The notes beneath the pieces are model-generated. The model searched no databases and was not told the DNA's origin. It was given only the letters and a program-made list of their open reading frames with translations. A program made the position numbers and the translations under genes. A DNA stretch of 64,000 bases from Isurus oxyrinchus (taxonomy: Eukaryota). The first letter of the stretch is position 1. Every line of letters starts with the position of its first letter. Below, one piece after another: positions 36,372-48,725 of the stretch. The DNA lies in contig JANJGN010000052.1 of NCBI GenBank assembly GCA_026770705.1, forward strand, positions 1,054,001 through 1,118,000. The letters run 5' to 3'.

Positions 36372-37092
36372 CTGCAATAACACAATATCACACTGTGGTT
36401 ATCATATAGCAGAGAGTCAGTGCAGCACAGACACAGAGCCCACTGTAACCTTACACCGACAACTGGACTCTCTCATTAAATTACATCTGCACAAAGCACA
36501 GAATCTAGAATCTCGACACCATCAACAACAAAGCAGCCCGATTGATCGACACCCCATCCACCACATTAAACATTCACTCCCTCCACCATGAACACACATT
36601 GGCAGCAGTGTGTGTACCATCTACAAGATGCACTGCAGCAACTCAGCAAGGCTCCTTCGACAGCACCTTCCAAACCCACGACCTCTACCATCTAGAAGGA
36701 CAAGGGCAGCAGACACATGGGAACGCCACCACCTGGAAGTTCCCCTCCAAGTCACTCACCATCCTGACTTGGAAATATATCACCATTCCTTCACAGTCGC
36801 TGGGTCAAACTCCTGGAACTCCCTCTCTAACAGCACTGTGGGTGTACCTACACCACATGGACTGCAGTGGGTCAAGAAGGCAGCTCACCAACACCTTCTC
36901 AAGGGCAATTAGAGATGGCATATTAATAGCGGCCTCATCAGTGACAGCCACATTCGATGTAAGAATTTAAAATCTCACAGCTCAGGAGGAAGCCACTCAG
37001 CCCATCATGCCTGTGCTGGCCCTTTGTAAAAACTGTCCAATTAGTCCTAAACAAATGTTTATATTAAAATCAAGTTAAATCTTCAGACTTAC

Positions 37093-37189
37093 TTTCTCAC
37101 ACAGATGAAGATGAAGATTTCAGCCAGTAAAACACTCAACATGATCCCAGCCGTGAACAATCCTACTGTCCATTTACTGGTGTCTCTAC
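37093..37189 (-). CDS. Gene B transmembrane exon
   Basis: tgtttttacAG|GT...AGA AA|GTaagt. Phase 1-2, reading RRDTSKWTVGLFTAGIMLSVLLAEIFIFICVRK. Confidence 0.9.
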
Positions 37190-37695
37190 CTGTAAAAACA
37201 GCCATGAATTACTGCACTACAGGTTTGGAATGATGCTCCGATGTATCTCTTCCTCCCTCCTCTCCATCTGTAAAGTGCCTAGTCTTAAGATGAGGNNNNN
37301 NNNNNNNNNNNNNNNNNNNNNNNNNNNNNNNNNNNNNNNNNNNNNNNNNNNNNNNNNNNNNNNNNNNNNNNNNNNNNNNNNNNNNNNNNNNNNNNNNNNN
37401 NNNNNNNNNNNNNNNNNNNNNNNNNNNNNNNNNNNNNNNNNNNNNNNNNNNNNNNNNNNNNNNNNNNNNNNNNNNNNNNNNNNNNNNNNNNNNNNNNNNN
37501 NNNNNNNNNNNNNNNNNNNNNNNNNNNNNNNNNNNNNNNNNNNNNNNNNNNNNNNNNNNNNNNNNNNNNNNNNNNNNNNNNNNNNNNNNNNNNNNNNNNN
37601 NNNNNNNNNNNNNNNNNNNNNNNNNNNNNNNNNNNNNNNNNNNNNNNNNNNNNNNNNNNNNNNNNNNNNNNNNGTTGAAGTTTGCATTAACTCAC

Positions 37696-37977
37696 GTTCC
37701 ACAGTGATGGTTATGAATCCCTCCACTGCTCCATATTCATTCTCTGCCACACACTGATAGTCTCCAGTGTCCCTGGATGTAACGTGAGGAATCACCAACC
37801 ACAGCTCATTGTTGGAACTTGTTCTGTTCATTGGGACATTAAGATGTCGCCACGTCAGGTTAGAAGCTGGGAAGCTATCGACAGAGCAGATTATCACTGC
37901 AGAATTCCGCTCAATTATATTGATCGATGAAGCGTTAATCATATCAAGAGAAGTAATTGAGAGATTCTGTGGTGCGT
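37696..37977 (-). CDS. Gene B Ig domain 3 (C2/I-set)
   Basis: 282 nt, phase 1-1. DAPQNLSI...ICSVDSFPASNLTW...DTGDYQCVAENEYG...ITVE. Confidence 0.92.
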
Positions 37978-38495
37978 CTGAAAACAAATAAAGATCAGTT
38001 GCTTACATTGACTGTGAAGCACTTTGAGAGACACTGAGAATGTGAAAGGTGTGACATCAATGAAGGTTCCTTCACCACAAAGCACATAATCCAGGCAGTC
38101 ACTTCAGTTCAGTACTGAGAGAGTGCTGAGGGAGAGCTGCACTGTAGCAGATGCAGTGCTGATGGAGTGCTGCACAGTCAGACTGTCAGTTCTGATTGAG
38201 AACTGCAATGTGGGAGGGACAGTACTGAGGGAGCATTGCACTGTTAGAGAGTCAGTAATGAGGGAGTGCTGCACTGTGGGTGGGTCAGTACTGAGGGAGA
38301 GCTGCACTGTAGCAGGTGCAGTGCTGATGGAGTGCTGCACAGTCAGACTGTCAGTTCTGATTGAGAACTGCAATGTGGGAGGGACAGTACTGAGGGAGCA
38401 TTGCACTGTTAGAGAGTCAGTAATGAGGGAGTGCTGCACTGTGGGTGGGTCAGTACTGAGGCAAACACACTGTTGGCTGTATACTTCAGGCCCTC

Positions 38496-40480
38496 TATGG
38501 TCAGGTGGAGCACCATGTACCTTTAAGAGAATGCAAGCGGACTAACCATGTGACAGTACTGACCAATCATCAGACAGGTTGGGCTACTGGGTAACTGTAT
38601 TTCTCGAGCTGGAGGTGGTTGTGGGGGTGCGCAAGGATTCAGTGTTCAGTCCTCTGCTGCAATAAATAATCACAGTTTGTTCTTGTGTCTGTCTCTGTCC
38701 GTTACTGATAGTAAGAATCAACTAGCGAGTGTATATGAAGGTGTGCAATTCGAGTTTACTCGACTGGTGAATTCAGAGACTCAAGACATAAAACTGGGGG
38801 TGAGGATGAACACAGCTAAAAACACAGCCCCTGAGTGAGGACCCACAAGGCCAGTGCGCAGAGCATTAGAAAGAGAATCTGTACGGTGGGTGTAAAATAG
38901 GCTGCAGTCCGAGCAGGAAGCAGTGCTGCACTGAGAATTTGGGGGAAAAACCCTGCAGAATCCTGATCACAGGGATCCCAGCAAAACTCAAAGAGAGCAC
39001 GAAACCCAGCACAGAAAAGACAAGAGCGACAGAGAGGGAGTTAACAAAGAGGTGACTGCTCTTAAAGCAACAATACATTTAAAGAGGTACATGCAAGGAC
39101 AATGGCTGTGGACAGAATGTTATAAGAGACCCCAGAGAGCGGGTAACTCTGCGGAAGGTAAAAGATGAATCAATCGACGGCAGTGAAGGAAGCTGCAGTA
39201 AGACAAACACCTGAATTGGACATTAACTGGGAAGACATCGGAAGTGCTGCCCCCTTGCAGTCGTCGACGATGCTGCAGTTCCGGCGTGTCGATCCATTCA
39301 ACCCCATTTCAGGTGACTGGTCTCAGTGTGTCGAACGCCTAGTGTTCTTTTTTACCGCTAATGACATCACGGGAGAGGAGAAGAAGAGGGAGATTCTTGT
39401 ATCCACATGTGGGAGCAAAACGTCCGGGCTGATCCTCAGCCTCACGTCACCGACCATCCCCGACTCGAAGACTGTCAACCAGTGAATAAAAATTGTTCCA
39501 AACCACCTGAGACCACAGCCCTCAGTTACTATTCAGCACTTCATCACCCATATCAAACCCTCACCCTACCGCCCAGCATCGAACGGCAGGGCTGAGCAGG
39601 GCATCCAAACCTTTAAATCCAGGGTGAGAATGATGGAAGGGGATTCCATCGGCATGAGATTGTCCTGGTTCCTCTTCACAAACTGGGCCAGGCCACAAAC
39701 AACGACCAGCATTGGCCCTGCAGAACTACTAATGAAGAGACATCTCCGCACCCACCTGACCCTTATCCAGCCGGATTTAAAGGGGAGGCTGGAGAAAAGC
39801 CAAGAGACGCAGGAGACCAGGCACGATGGTCGTGCTGGAAAAGAACTTTCACTGTGGGAGGTGCAGTCCTCGCGATGAACTATGGAGATGGGTCCAATTG
39901 GCTGTTAGGCGAGGTGAGTGCAGTAACTGGATCCCTCTCCTCTCATGTATCAGTAAACGACACGTGGATCATTTCCCCAAAATAACGCTGGTCCCACAAG
40001 AAGAAATGAAGTCTTCATCTCCACTTGAGTCTGGGCCACATGTAGAGGACAGGTCCCAAAATTTGGAAGGAGAAACATTCGAGAAAGCCTCCTGAGAGAC
40101 TTGATTTGTAAATAGTTATTAGTGTAATTAGTTCACTGGTTATTAAGTTTGTCAACTGCACTTTTTAAGTAAAGGGGGAAGGATGTGGTAAAGTGGAGTT
40201 CCATGTACAGTTAAGAGAATGCAAGTGGATAAACCATGTGACAGTGCTGTCCAATCATTGTACAGTGCGGGCTACTGGTTAACTGTAAGTCTAGAGCTGG
40301 AGGTGGGTGTGGGAACATGCAAGAATTTAGTGCTCTGCCCTCTGTTACAATAAATAATCAGCTTGTTCTAATGTCGGTCTCTCTTGGTTATTGATAGCGA
40401 GCATCAACTAACAAGTGTATATGAAGGAGTGCAATTTGAGTTTACTCAACCAGTGAACTCATAGACTCAAGATATAAAAC
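38496..40480 (+). mobile_element. Internally deleted Ty3/Gypsy element with two LTRs (38496-38794; 40184-40480)
   Basis: Direct ~300-bp repeats; PBS-like TGGGGGTGAGGAT at 38795; PPT AAAGGGGGAAGGA at 40171-40183. Gag DWSQCVERL.FFF.ANDI...STCG and integrase TTSIGPAELLM.RHLRT.L.LI.P. Confidence 0.85.
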
Positions 40481-40489
40481 CAACAAACA

Positions 40490-42200
40490 GTCAGGGAGAG
40501 ATGGACAATCCAACATGTGATCACATTTCAGAGATGTGTAAGAATAATAAAGCAGTAATACTCAGGGATTTTAACTACCCAAATATTAACTGTAACAGCT
40601 TTAGTGAGCAAGGTAGGGAGGGAGAAAAATTCTGAAGTTGCATCCAGGAGAAGATTTTTAGTCTGTGCATAGAAAGCTCAACAAGAGAGGGGACAGTTCT
40701 GGACCTAATATATGGAAAAGCGCCGGGAAAGGTGGAAAGCGTATCAGTAGGGGAGATAGTGACTGTAACTCAATTGGATTTAGGACAGTTATGGAGAAGG
40801 ATAAGTTTGTGCTGGGAATAAAAATTCTAAACTGGGGAAAGGCTAATTGTACTAAGATGAGATATGATTGGGCCTAAGTGGACTGGGAGAAGCTCTTTGC
40901 AGATAAAACTGTGTCAGAGCAGTGGGAGGCATTCAAGGAGGGAATAGCGAGAGTACAGAGCAGATATCTTCCTGTAAAGACAAAGAGGGAGACCAAGTCT
41001 GGAGAACCCTGGAAGAAAAGGAACATAAAGGTTAGGATTGAGGAAAAAGAGAAGCTTATGGCAGATACTGAGGGCTCAATACAGCAGAGTCCCTAGAGGA
41101 GTACAAATAGTGCAGAGGGGAACTGAAAAAGGACATTAGGAAAGATAAGCGAGTGCATGAGAAAGCACTGGTGGGTAGAATACAGCAAAACCCAGAGGGG
41201 TTTTTTAAATATGTAAAGAACAGGAGAATAACTCGGTAAAGAGTGGGGCCGATTAGGGACTATCGAGGTAATGTGTGTGTGGACCTGGAAGACGTGGGTA
41301 CAGTCCTCAATGAATACTTTGCATCAGTCTTCACAATGGAAAAGGATGATGCAGGTATAACATCAGGGTGGAGGGCAGTGAAATATGAGAGGAAATTAAC
41401 GCGGAGAAAGGAGGTACTAGTGGGTTTAGTGGCCTGAAAAGTGGATAAATCCACAAGCCCAGATGAGATGAATCCAAAGCTGTTGAGGGAGGCAAGGGAA
41501 GAGATATCAGGGGCCCTGGCAGTAATTTTCAAATCCTCTCTGGCCACAGGTGAGGTGCCAGAGGACTGGAGGATGGCTAATGTTGTCCCATTATTAAAAA
41601 AGGGAGGAAGGGATAGATCAGGAAATTACAGGCCAGTCAGTCTAACCTCGGTGGTGGGGAAGTTACTAGTAAGAATTCTGAAGGACAGAATGAATCTGCA
41701 CTGGGAGAGACAAGGATTAATCTGGGATATTCAGCATGGATTTGTTAAGGGAAGGTCATGTTTGACAAACCTGATCAAATCTTTTGAGGAGGTAACCAGG
41801 AGTGTTGATGAGAGTAATGCCTTTGTTGTGGTCGACATGGGCTGAGGAAGGCTTTTGATAAGGTGCCTCTTGGCAGAGAGGCCAAGAAAGTAAGAGCCCA
41901 TGGGATCCAAGGCAAAGTGGCACGTTGGATCCAATATTGGCTGAGGCAGGAAGCAGAGGGTGATGGTGGAGGGATGTTTCTGTGACTGGATGTCTGTTTC
42001 CAGTGGGGTTCCACAGGGCTCAGTGCTGGGGCACTTGCTGTTTGTGGTGTAAATAAATGAATTGGACTTAAATATAGGGGGAATGATCACGACGCAAATG
42101 GAATTCAACCTGGAAAAGTGTGAGGTGATGCACTTGGGGAGGGAGTTGCTGATCAGCATGGATATTGTGTGCTAAATGGCCTCCTTCTGTCCTATAAGTG
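40490..42200 (+). mobile_element. CR1 LINE (EN-RT remnants), shared with gene C intron
   Basis: DFNYPNI.W, TGEVPEDWR.ANVVPL.KKG...NYRPVSLTSVVGK, QHGFVKGRSCLTNL and GVPQGSVLG. Confidence 0.92.
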
Positions 42201-42389
42201 TCTATGAGTCTATGAGTCCATGATGCACTGTCGGAGAGTCAGTATTAAGGATGTACTGCCTGTCAGGAGTCACCTTTTACCAGTTAAAGACCAATGGTTT
42301 GTTGGTCAACAAAATGCAGTATGTGGGAGCTTGCTGTGCACATTTTATACTATTCCAGCTAACGTAGAATGAAGGATGTCCATACTTAC

Positions 42390-42686
42390 CTTGCACAGTT
42401 AGTACGAGGGTCCGCTCCGATGAAACAGATGGATATCTCACTCTGCAGCTGAGAGTGTGTCCGTGGGGTTTGAGTGATGGGATCAGGGTCAGAACAGAAG
42501 TATAGGTCAGAGTGACACCATGCTGAGTTACAGTGTTTGAGACTGATCCAGGTACGTCAGTGGGAGTGTCCCAGGTTAAGACAGGTGCTGCTGTTCCATT
42601 GCACGTTGTGTTGAAGGTGCAGCTTACATCCACACGCCTTCCTGCAATAATTTCAGCAGGGAATATCGTGGGTTTATCTGTGAAAT
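42390..42686 (-). CDS. Gene B Ig domain 2 (Siglec C2-set)
   Basis: 297 nt, phase 1-1. DFTDKPTIFPAEIIAGRRVDVSCTFNTTCNG...LTW...TSVLTLIPS..HGHTLSCRVRYP. Includes the extra Cys expected for the V-C2 interdomain bond. Confidence 0.93.
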
Positions 42687-43629
42687 CTAACAGACAGAGA
42701 ATGGATCCTTTTAGAGAAATATAATGTGAAGCATCAGTTCAAATAGAAACCACAGTCCCACAAGAGAAAGCACTTTTACAAGGATGATATCAGAACTGAG
42801 AGATTACAATGATCATTAAAGAATTGTCTATTTTTACACTTGTTGAATCTCTGTCACTCAGATTAATACACTCTCACTCAGTGACCCTTGATTTGACCAG
42901 ACTGGGTGAGGGTGGAGGAACAGCTCACAGCTCGGGGAGAACAGACTCAGCATTTGGAAAAGGATATCGAGACACTGGAGAGGGTGGTAAAAAGCTTCAC
43001 AAGGATGATCTCAGCAATGTGAGGCTTTACCTATCAGGAGAGGATGTACAGGCTGGGACTCTGTTCTCTTGAACAGAGAAGGTTGAAGGGTGACCTCATT
43101 TGACCTTTGAAGTAATGAAAGGTTTTGATCGAGTAGACATGGAGAGAGTGTTTCCACTCCTCACAATGAAGAAAACCAGAGGCTGACAATATAAGATCCT
43201 CACTAATAAATCCAATGGGGAATTCAGGAGAAACTTCTTTAACCAGAGAGTGGGGCGAATGTGTGCTTCAAGAATTTCTTCATTGCCTGTGAAATGATTT
43301 GAAGTTTGCTGAGGTGGTGTAAGGCGCTATAGGAATGCACATCCTTCTTTTGTCAAATTGTTAGACATTTAAAAAGCATTAGGTAGACTGATGTACGTGG
43401 ATAACCTGATAACATTGATGGACACAGTCAATACATTTAATCATTGATATTAAAGTAAGTATTAGAGGTTGCTTTAGGACTGAACTGGAAGCTATCACCA
43501 GGTTATTGAGAATCAGACAGTGTGTTATAATAAGCTGTGTTTTGTGTTAATATGTAAACGTCACAGATTGTGTTATTTCCCATTGAGTGTTGAATGTGAA
43601 TTGTTGAGTAATTATAACACAGCACTTAC

Positions 43630-43998
43630 CAGAAACGTGAAGCTGGGTTACAGGGTAATAGTTATGGCTCGGACCATTGTCAAATTCTATTCTGAAAAAA
43701 TAAGGTCCTTCATCGTCCCGTCTGATGTTGTTTATAATCAGGGAACAGTCGCCATCTTTCAGGTCTCCAGACAGCCGGGTCCGATGGTGGAACCGTGGTA
43801 ACTCGTGACTGTGATCCTTGGAGTGAAAGGCAATGGGAGGCCAGAATTTGTATTTCTCATTATTTAACCAGATTCCGACTTGTCGTTTGTTTTCAAGATA
43901 TGCTGGATAACTGTAGTGACACCGAATCTGTACACACGAACCTTCCTGCGCTGTCACCTCTCGTGGAGTGTCACCTTTCCACTCTTGTGACAGTCCAA
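43630..43998 (-). CDS. Gene B V-set sialic-acid-binding-type domain
   Basis: 369 nt, phase 1-1. W..AQEGSCVQIRC.Y.YP...GIW...RTRLSGDLKDGDCSLIINNIRRDDEGPYFFRIE. The Siglec B/E-strand Cys pattern and essential F-strand Arg are present. Confidence 0.95.
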
Positions 43999-44891
43999 CT
44001 GGGGAGAGAAATATCAATATTTAACCCTGGATCCTCATTGTCTAAGGAATCTCTTTGGATCCTCATTGTCTAGGGGATTATTTCTGATCCAGACCCCATA
44101 TTGTTGTATTGTTGATTCCGATGCAGCATTGTAGACTGACTTGTCCCCAAGCTCAGCACTGACCCTACTCCAGCAGACACTGTGAAACACACTAACAAAG
44201 TGCCTCTAGCCTGAGCTCTACATGTGTCGAGAGAAAGACAAATATACAAACTGAATATTGACCCCTTTACACACGGACAGCTTTACCTTCCTTCTCTCTT
44301 TCAGTTATCTTGCTCCCTTATTGAAGTATCTAGCAAGGTGAGAATGGACAGGAAGTGTGACACTGAACAGCCTGTCTATTCTAGGAGCTGCTGTGTTGTC
44401 TTTATGGGAAATTCTGACTAAAATCAGCAAAAGACACTAATTTCAGGCCATTGCTGTCAGAGTCCTAGCCACAAGATAGACTTCATCCCCTGAATTTTGT
44501 GTCCGATTTTCTACTCAAACTTTCACCTCCGCACACACCCACCCTGACCCCACAAGTCACTCGCTGACCTACACTGGCTCCCAGTCCAGCAACACCTCGA
44601 TGTGATTATTTTCACACTTGATTTCCAATCCCTCCATCACTCCGCTCCACTCCTTGTCTCTGTAACCGCCTCCAAACCTACAACTCTCTGTGATCTCTGC
44701 ACTCCTCCAATTCTGCTGTCAGACAGGGAGTCAGTGTATATCAGTGAGCAAAGGGGTGATAGGTGAATGGGACTTGGTGTGAGTTTGTACACTGGCTCAC
44801 TGCTGAATCAGTTCCCAGTCACAGCTCAATAAGAATGATCTTTTACGAAGACTATTAACCATAAATCTGTCTGAGCTGACGATGATATTAC

Positions 44892-44931
44892 CTTGGAGAA
44901 GTGACAGGAGGCAGTAATATTTCCCGATCAT
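44892..44931 (-). CDS. Gene B signal-peptide exon (exon 44892-44973)
   Basis: tttctctttcAG acceptor. MIGKYYCLLSLLQ G|GTaata is phase 1 and joins as ...LLQVGLSQEW. Confidence 0.85.
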
Positions 44932-45381
44932 TGTCCACTCCCAGATATTTCAACAGCTTCTCACTCTCAAACTCTGAAAGAGAAAGGAGTTAATGAGACC
45001 TCACCTCTTGTCCGACAGCTCTCGAGGGATCAGAACTGCTTTTAGACAATGTCTTCACAGATTAATTTGATTCTCTGTGGGATGATAGGTGCTCTGCAGA
45101 GAGTTACAAGGCTTTAAGAAAGTAAAACAATGAAGGACTTGCATTTCTATATCGCCTTTCACCTGCTCAGGACACCCCAAAGCTCATGTCCCTGCTCTTC
45201 CCTCATCCCTTGAGCTAGAAAGATGTTCTGTACAACAGACTTGAGCCTCACACCCAGATCTCAATAATCAGTAGAAATCTTTCAAAGGCATCAATCATTG
45301 GAATCTGTCTTTATAAAGTCACAACAACAACAAAGGACGGTGTTGGTGGTGGAAGTGAATTCCAATCGTTCCGTTACTTAC

Positions 45382-45525
45382 CCAGGACCTGTCCGACTGC
45401 TCGCCTGGGGAGGAACTGCCCACACGCTCTGCTTGGGCTGAATGACCTCTTCCTGTGCTGATCCCTCTGTGTATTTAATTAGAAAGGGTTGATGTGTCTC
45501 TGTGAGACAAAATGAGGAAGTAGCA
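45382..45525 (-). promoter_or_regulatory. Gene B putative promoter / non-coding first exon
   Basis: Strong donor GG|GTAAGT at 45381 and PU.1-type AAATGAGGAAGT at ~45510-45521. The same module precedes the signal exons at ~48583-48722 and ~53723-53862. Confidence 0.6.
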
Positions 45526-45719
45526 AAGGAGTGAGTAAACAGGCAGTAGGAACGAGTGCTTCATACCACAAAGCGTTACAACATAATCACACTTTTGACC
45601 TATTTATTGTGACTCTGTGATGCTTCTCTTCTGTTGTTTGCTATTTGGTAACGTCAGTTTTCTACCATGGCTCCGAGGGTTAATATTTAATTGTGCTGTT
45701 GCAGGGTAAATACTGAGCA

Positions 45720-46630
45720 AGTGCGGCACCATTAGGGGTCAGTACTGATGGGGTGCTGCTCTGTCGCAGGATCAAGTCTGAAAAAGTGCTGCTCTGTTGG
45801 AGGGTCAGCAGCAAAGGAGTTCTGCACTGTCAGAGTATTGTTGTATTGTTCCTGAGGGAGTGCTGCACTGTCAGAGGGTCAGTACTGAGGGAGTGCTGCA
45901 CTGTCAGAGGGTCAGTACTGAGGGAGTGCTGCACTGTCAGAGGGTCAGTACTGAGGGAGTGCTGTACTGTCAGAGGGTCAGTACTGAGGGAGTGCTGCAC
46001 ATTCAGAGGGTCAGTACTGAGGGAGTGCTGCACTGTTGGAGGATCAGAACTGAAGTAGTGCTGCACTGTCGGAGGGTTAGTCCTGAGGAAGTGCTGCACT
46101 GTCAGAGGGTCAGTACTAAGGGAATGCTGCACTGTCAGAGGCTCAATACTGAGGTAGTGCTGCACTCTTGGAGGGACAGTACTGAGGAGTGCTGCCCTGT
46201 CGGAGTGTCAGTACTGAGGGAGTGCTGCACTGTCAGAGTCTTGTTCCTGAGGGAGTGCTGCACTGTCAGAGGGACAGTACTGAGGGACTGCTGCACTGTC
46301 AGAGGGTCAGTACTGAGGGAGTGCTGCACATTCAGAGGGTCAGTACTGAGAGAGTGCTGCACTGTTGGAGGGTCAGAACTGAGGTAGTGCTGCACTGTCG
46401 GAGGGTCAGTACTGAGGTAGTGTTGCACTGTCATAGGGTCAGTACTGAGGGAGTGCTGCACTGTCGGAGGGTCAGTACTGAGGGAATGCTGCACTCTTGG
46501 TGTGTCAGTACTGAGGGAGTGCTGCACTGTCAGAGGGTCAGTACTGAGGTAGTGCTGCACTCTTGTATGGTCAGTACTGAGGGAGTGCTGCACTGTTGGA
46601 GGGTCAGTACTGAGGGAGTGCTGCACAATC
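45720..46630. repeat. 33-bp minisatellite
   Basis: Tandem units. Other arrays lie at 31960-32145, 35000-35250, 38105-38460, 48960-49560, 54055-54660 and 58335-58680. Confidence 0.95.
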
Positions 46631-46904
46631 TAAAGAACATTGTACAAGCTTCACAAATTTGCATCTAATGCCTTTGTCTCATTAACTTCATGTGTACAAC
46701 AGGAATATTTCTCGCTGTTTCTGAGCAGCAAGGCAGCTTTGATATCACACCACACACCAATGGCAGGAGTGCCTAACTACAATGTGACATGTTTACATGG
46801 GAAGTTTCCATTATAAAGATGGGCACAATAATTCCCATGTTTGGAAAATCGTCACAACATGAAGTAATGTCTTTGAGCCAAGATTCTGCAGCAAAATGAG
46901 AATT

Positions 46905-48725
46905 TTAATGTGGTGCTTGAGTGATGAGATCAGGGTCAGAACTGAAGTATAGGTCAGAGTGACACCATGCTGAGTTACAGTGTTTGAGACTGATCCAGGT
47001 ACGTCAGTGGGAGTGTCCCAGGTTAAGACAGGTGCTGCTGTTCCATTGCACGTTGTGTTGAAGGTGCAGCTTACATCCACACGCTTTCCTGCAATAATTT
47101 CAGCAGGGAATATCATGGATTTATCTGTGAAATCTAACAGACAGAGAATGGATCCTTTTAGAGAAATATAACGTGAAGCATCAGTTCAAATAGAAACCAC
47201 AGTCCCACAAGAGAAAGCACTTTTACAAGGATGATATCAGAACTGAGAGGTTACAATGATCAGGAAAGATTTTCTTGCTCTTTGGCAGTAGTGTTTCTGT
47301 CTCTCAGCTTAATACACGTTCACTCCGAGACATGTGAATTGAGAACACTGGATGAGAGAAGAGGCTCAGACCAGAGATTGGAGTTAAAAGCAGAATACTG
47401 CGGATGCTGGAAATCTGAAACCAAAAGAAAAATTGCTGGAAAGACTCAGCAGGTCTGACAGTATCAGTGGAGAGGAAGACAGGGTTAACGTTTCGAGTCC
47501 GTATGACTCTTCATCAGACCAGAGGTTTGAGTTCACTGGCTTCTCATTTCCTCAGTGATCTGGGTGATTTATTACATTGTGGTTTGTTGGATCTTGCTGT
47601 GCACAAACTGCCTGCTGTGTTTAACATCTGTGTCTATTCTGACTGCAGCTGTGATGTAGTCGTGGTGATTTTCAGTAAAATGAAACCCTCTGAGCTCCTC
47701 CATCCCCGAGGTTTAGCGAGTGAATTCCAGAGCTCAGGGCCCAGGCAGCTGAAGGCCCGGCCGCCAGTATTGGAGTGAAGGGAATCGGGGGATGGTCAAG
47801 AGGCCGGAATTGGAGTAACACAGAGATCTGGGACGTTGGTTGGGAGAGTTGCAGGAGATTACAGAGATAAGGACGCAGTGTGAGGCAATGGATGCATTTG
47901 AACAAAGAGATGTGAATTTTAAGTTTGAGATGTTGTAGGACCAGGAGACAGATAGTTTAGGGGTGATGGGTGAATGGGACTTGGTGTGAGTGTGTAAACT
48001 GGCTCACTGCTGAATCGGTTCCCAATCACAGTTCAATAAGAATGACCTTTTACAAAGGTTATTAACCATAAATCTGACCGAGCTGACGATGATATTACCT
48101 TGGAGAAGTGACATGAGGAAGTAAGATTTTCCAATCATTATCCACTCCCAGATATTTCATCAGCTTCTCACTCTGAAACTCTGAAAGCGAAAGGAGTTAA
48201 TGAGACCTCACCTCTTGTCCAACAGCTCTCGAGAGATCAGAACTGCTTTTAGACAATGTCTTCACAGAATAATTTGATTCTCTGTGGGATGATAGGTGTT
48301 CTGCAGAGAGTTCCAAGGCTTTAAGAATGAAAAACAACAAAGGACTTGCATTTCTATAGCACCTTTCACCACATCGGGACACCCCAAAGTATCTACAGTT
48401 CCCTCATCCCTTGAGCTAGAAAGATGTTCTGTACAACAGACTTGAGCCTCACACCCAGATCTCAATAATCAGTCGAAATCCTTCAAAGGCATCAATCATT
48501 GGAATCTGTCTTTATAAAGTCACAACAACAACAAAGGACGGTGTTGGTGGTGGAAGTGAATTCCAATCGTTCCGTTACTTACCCAGGACCTGTCCGACTG
48601 CTCGCCTGGGGAGGAACTGCCCACACGCTCTGCTTGGGCTGAATGACCTCTTCCTGTGCTGCTCCCTCTGTGTGTTTAATTAGAAAGGGTTGATGTGTCA
48701 CTGTGAGACAAAATGAGGAAGTTGG
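46905..48725 (-). pseudogene. Siglec fragment D: promoter exon + signal exon (48099-48138) + truncated domain-2 exon (to 47134); no V exon
   Basis: The signal exon reads MIGKSYFLMSLLQ. D2 is near-identical to its paralogs up to SLKHH, then fuses to sequence homologous to 54660-54940. There is no V-set sequence between 47134 and 48099. Confidence 0.85.
47385..47520 (-). mobile_element. Penelope-like terminal-repeat fragment containing a minimal hammerhead ribozyme motif
   Basis: The minus strand reads GGT CTGATGA A GAGTC-ATACG-GACTC GAAAC GTTA ACC (47520-47483). Related copies lie at 20550-20635 and 58940-59150. Confidence 0.6.

Noticed and set aside
45720-46630. 33-bp periodic arrays as CRISPR arrays or Cys-rich repeat proteins (RECCTVRGSVL / VQHSLSTDPLT ORFs)
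   Set aside because: Units are head-to-tail with no unique spacers, the context is eukaryotic, and there are no cas genes. ORFs arise because 33 is divisible by 3.
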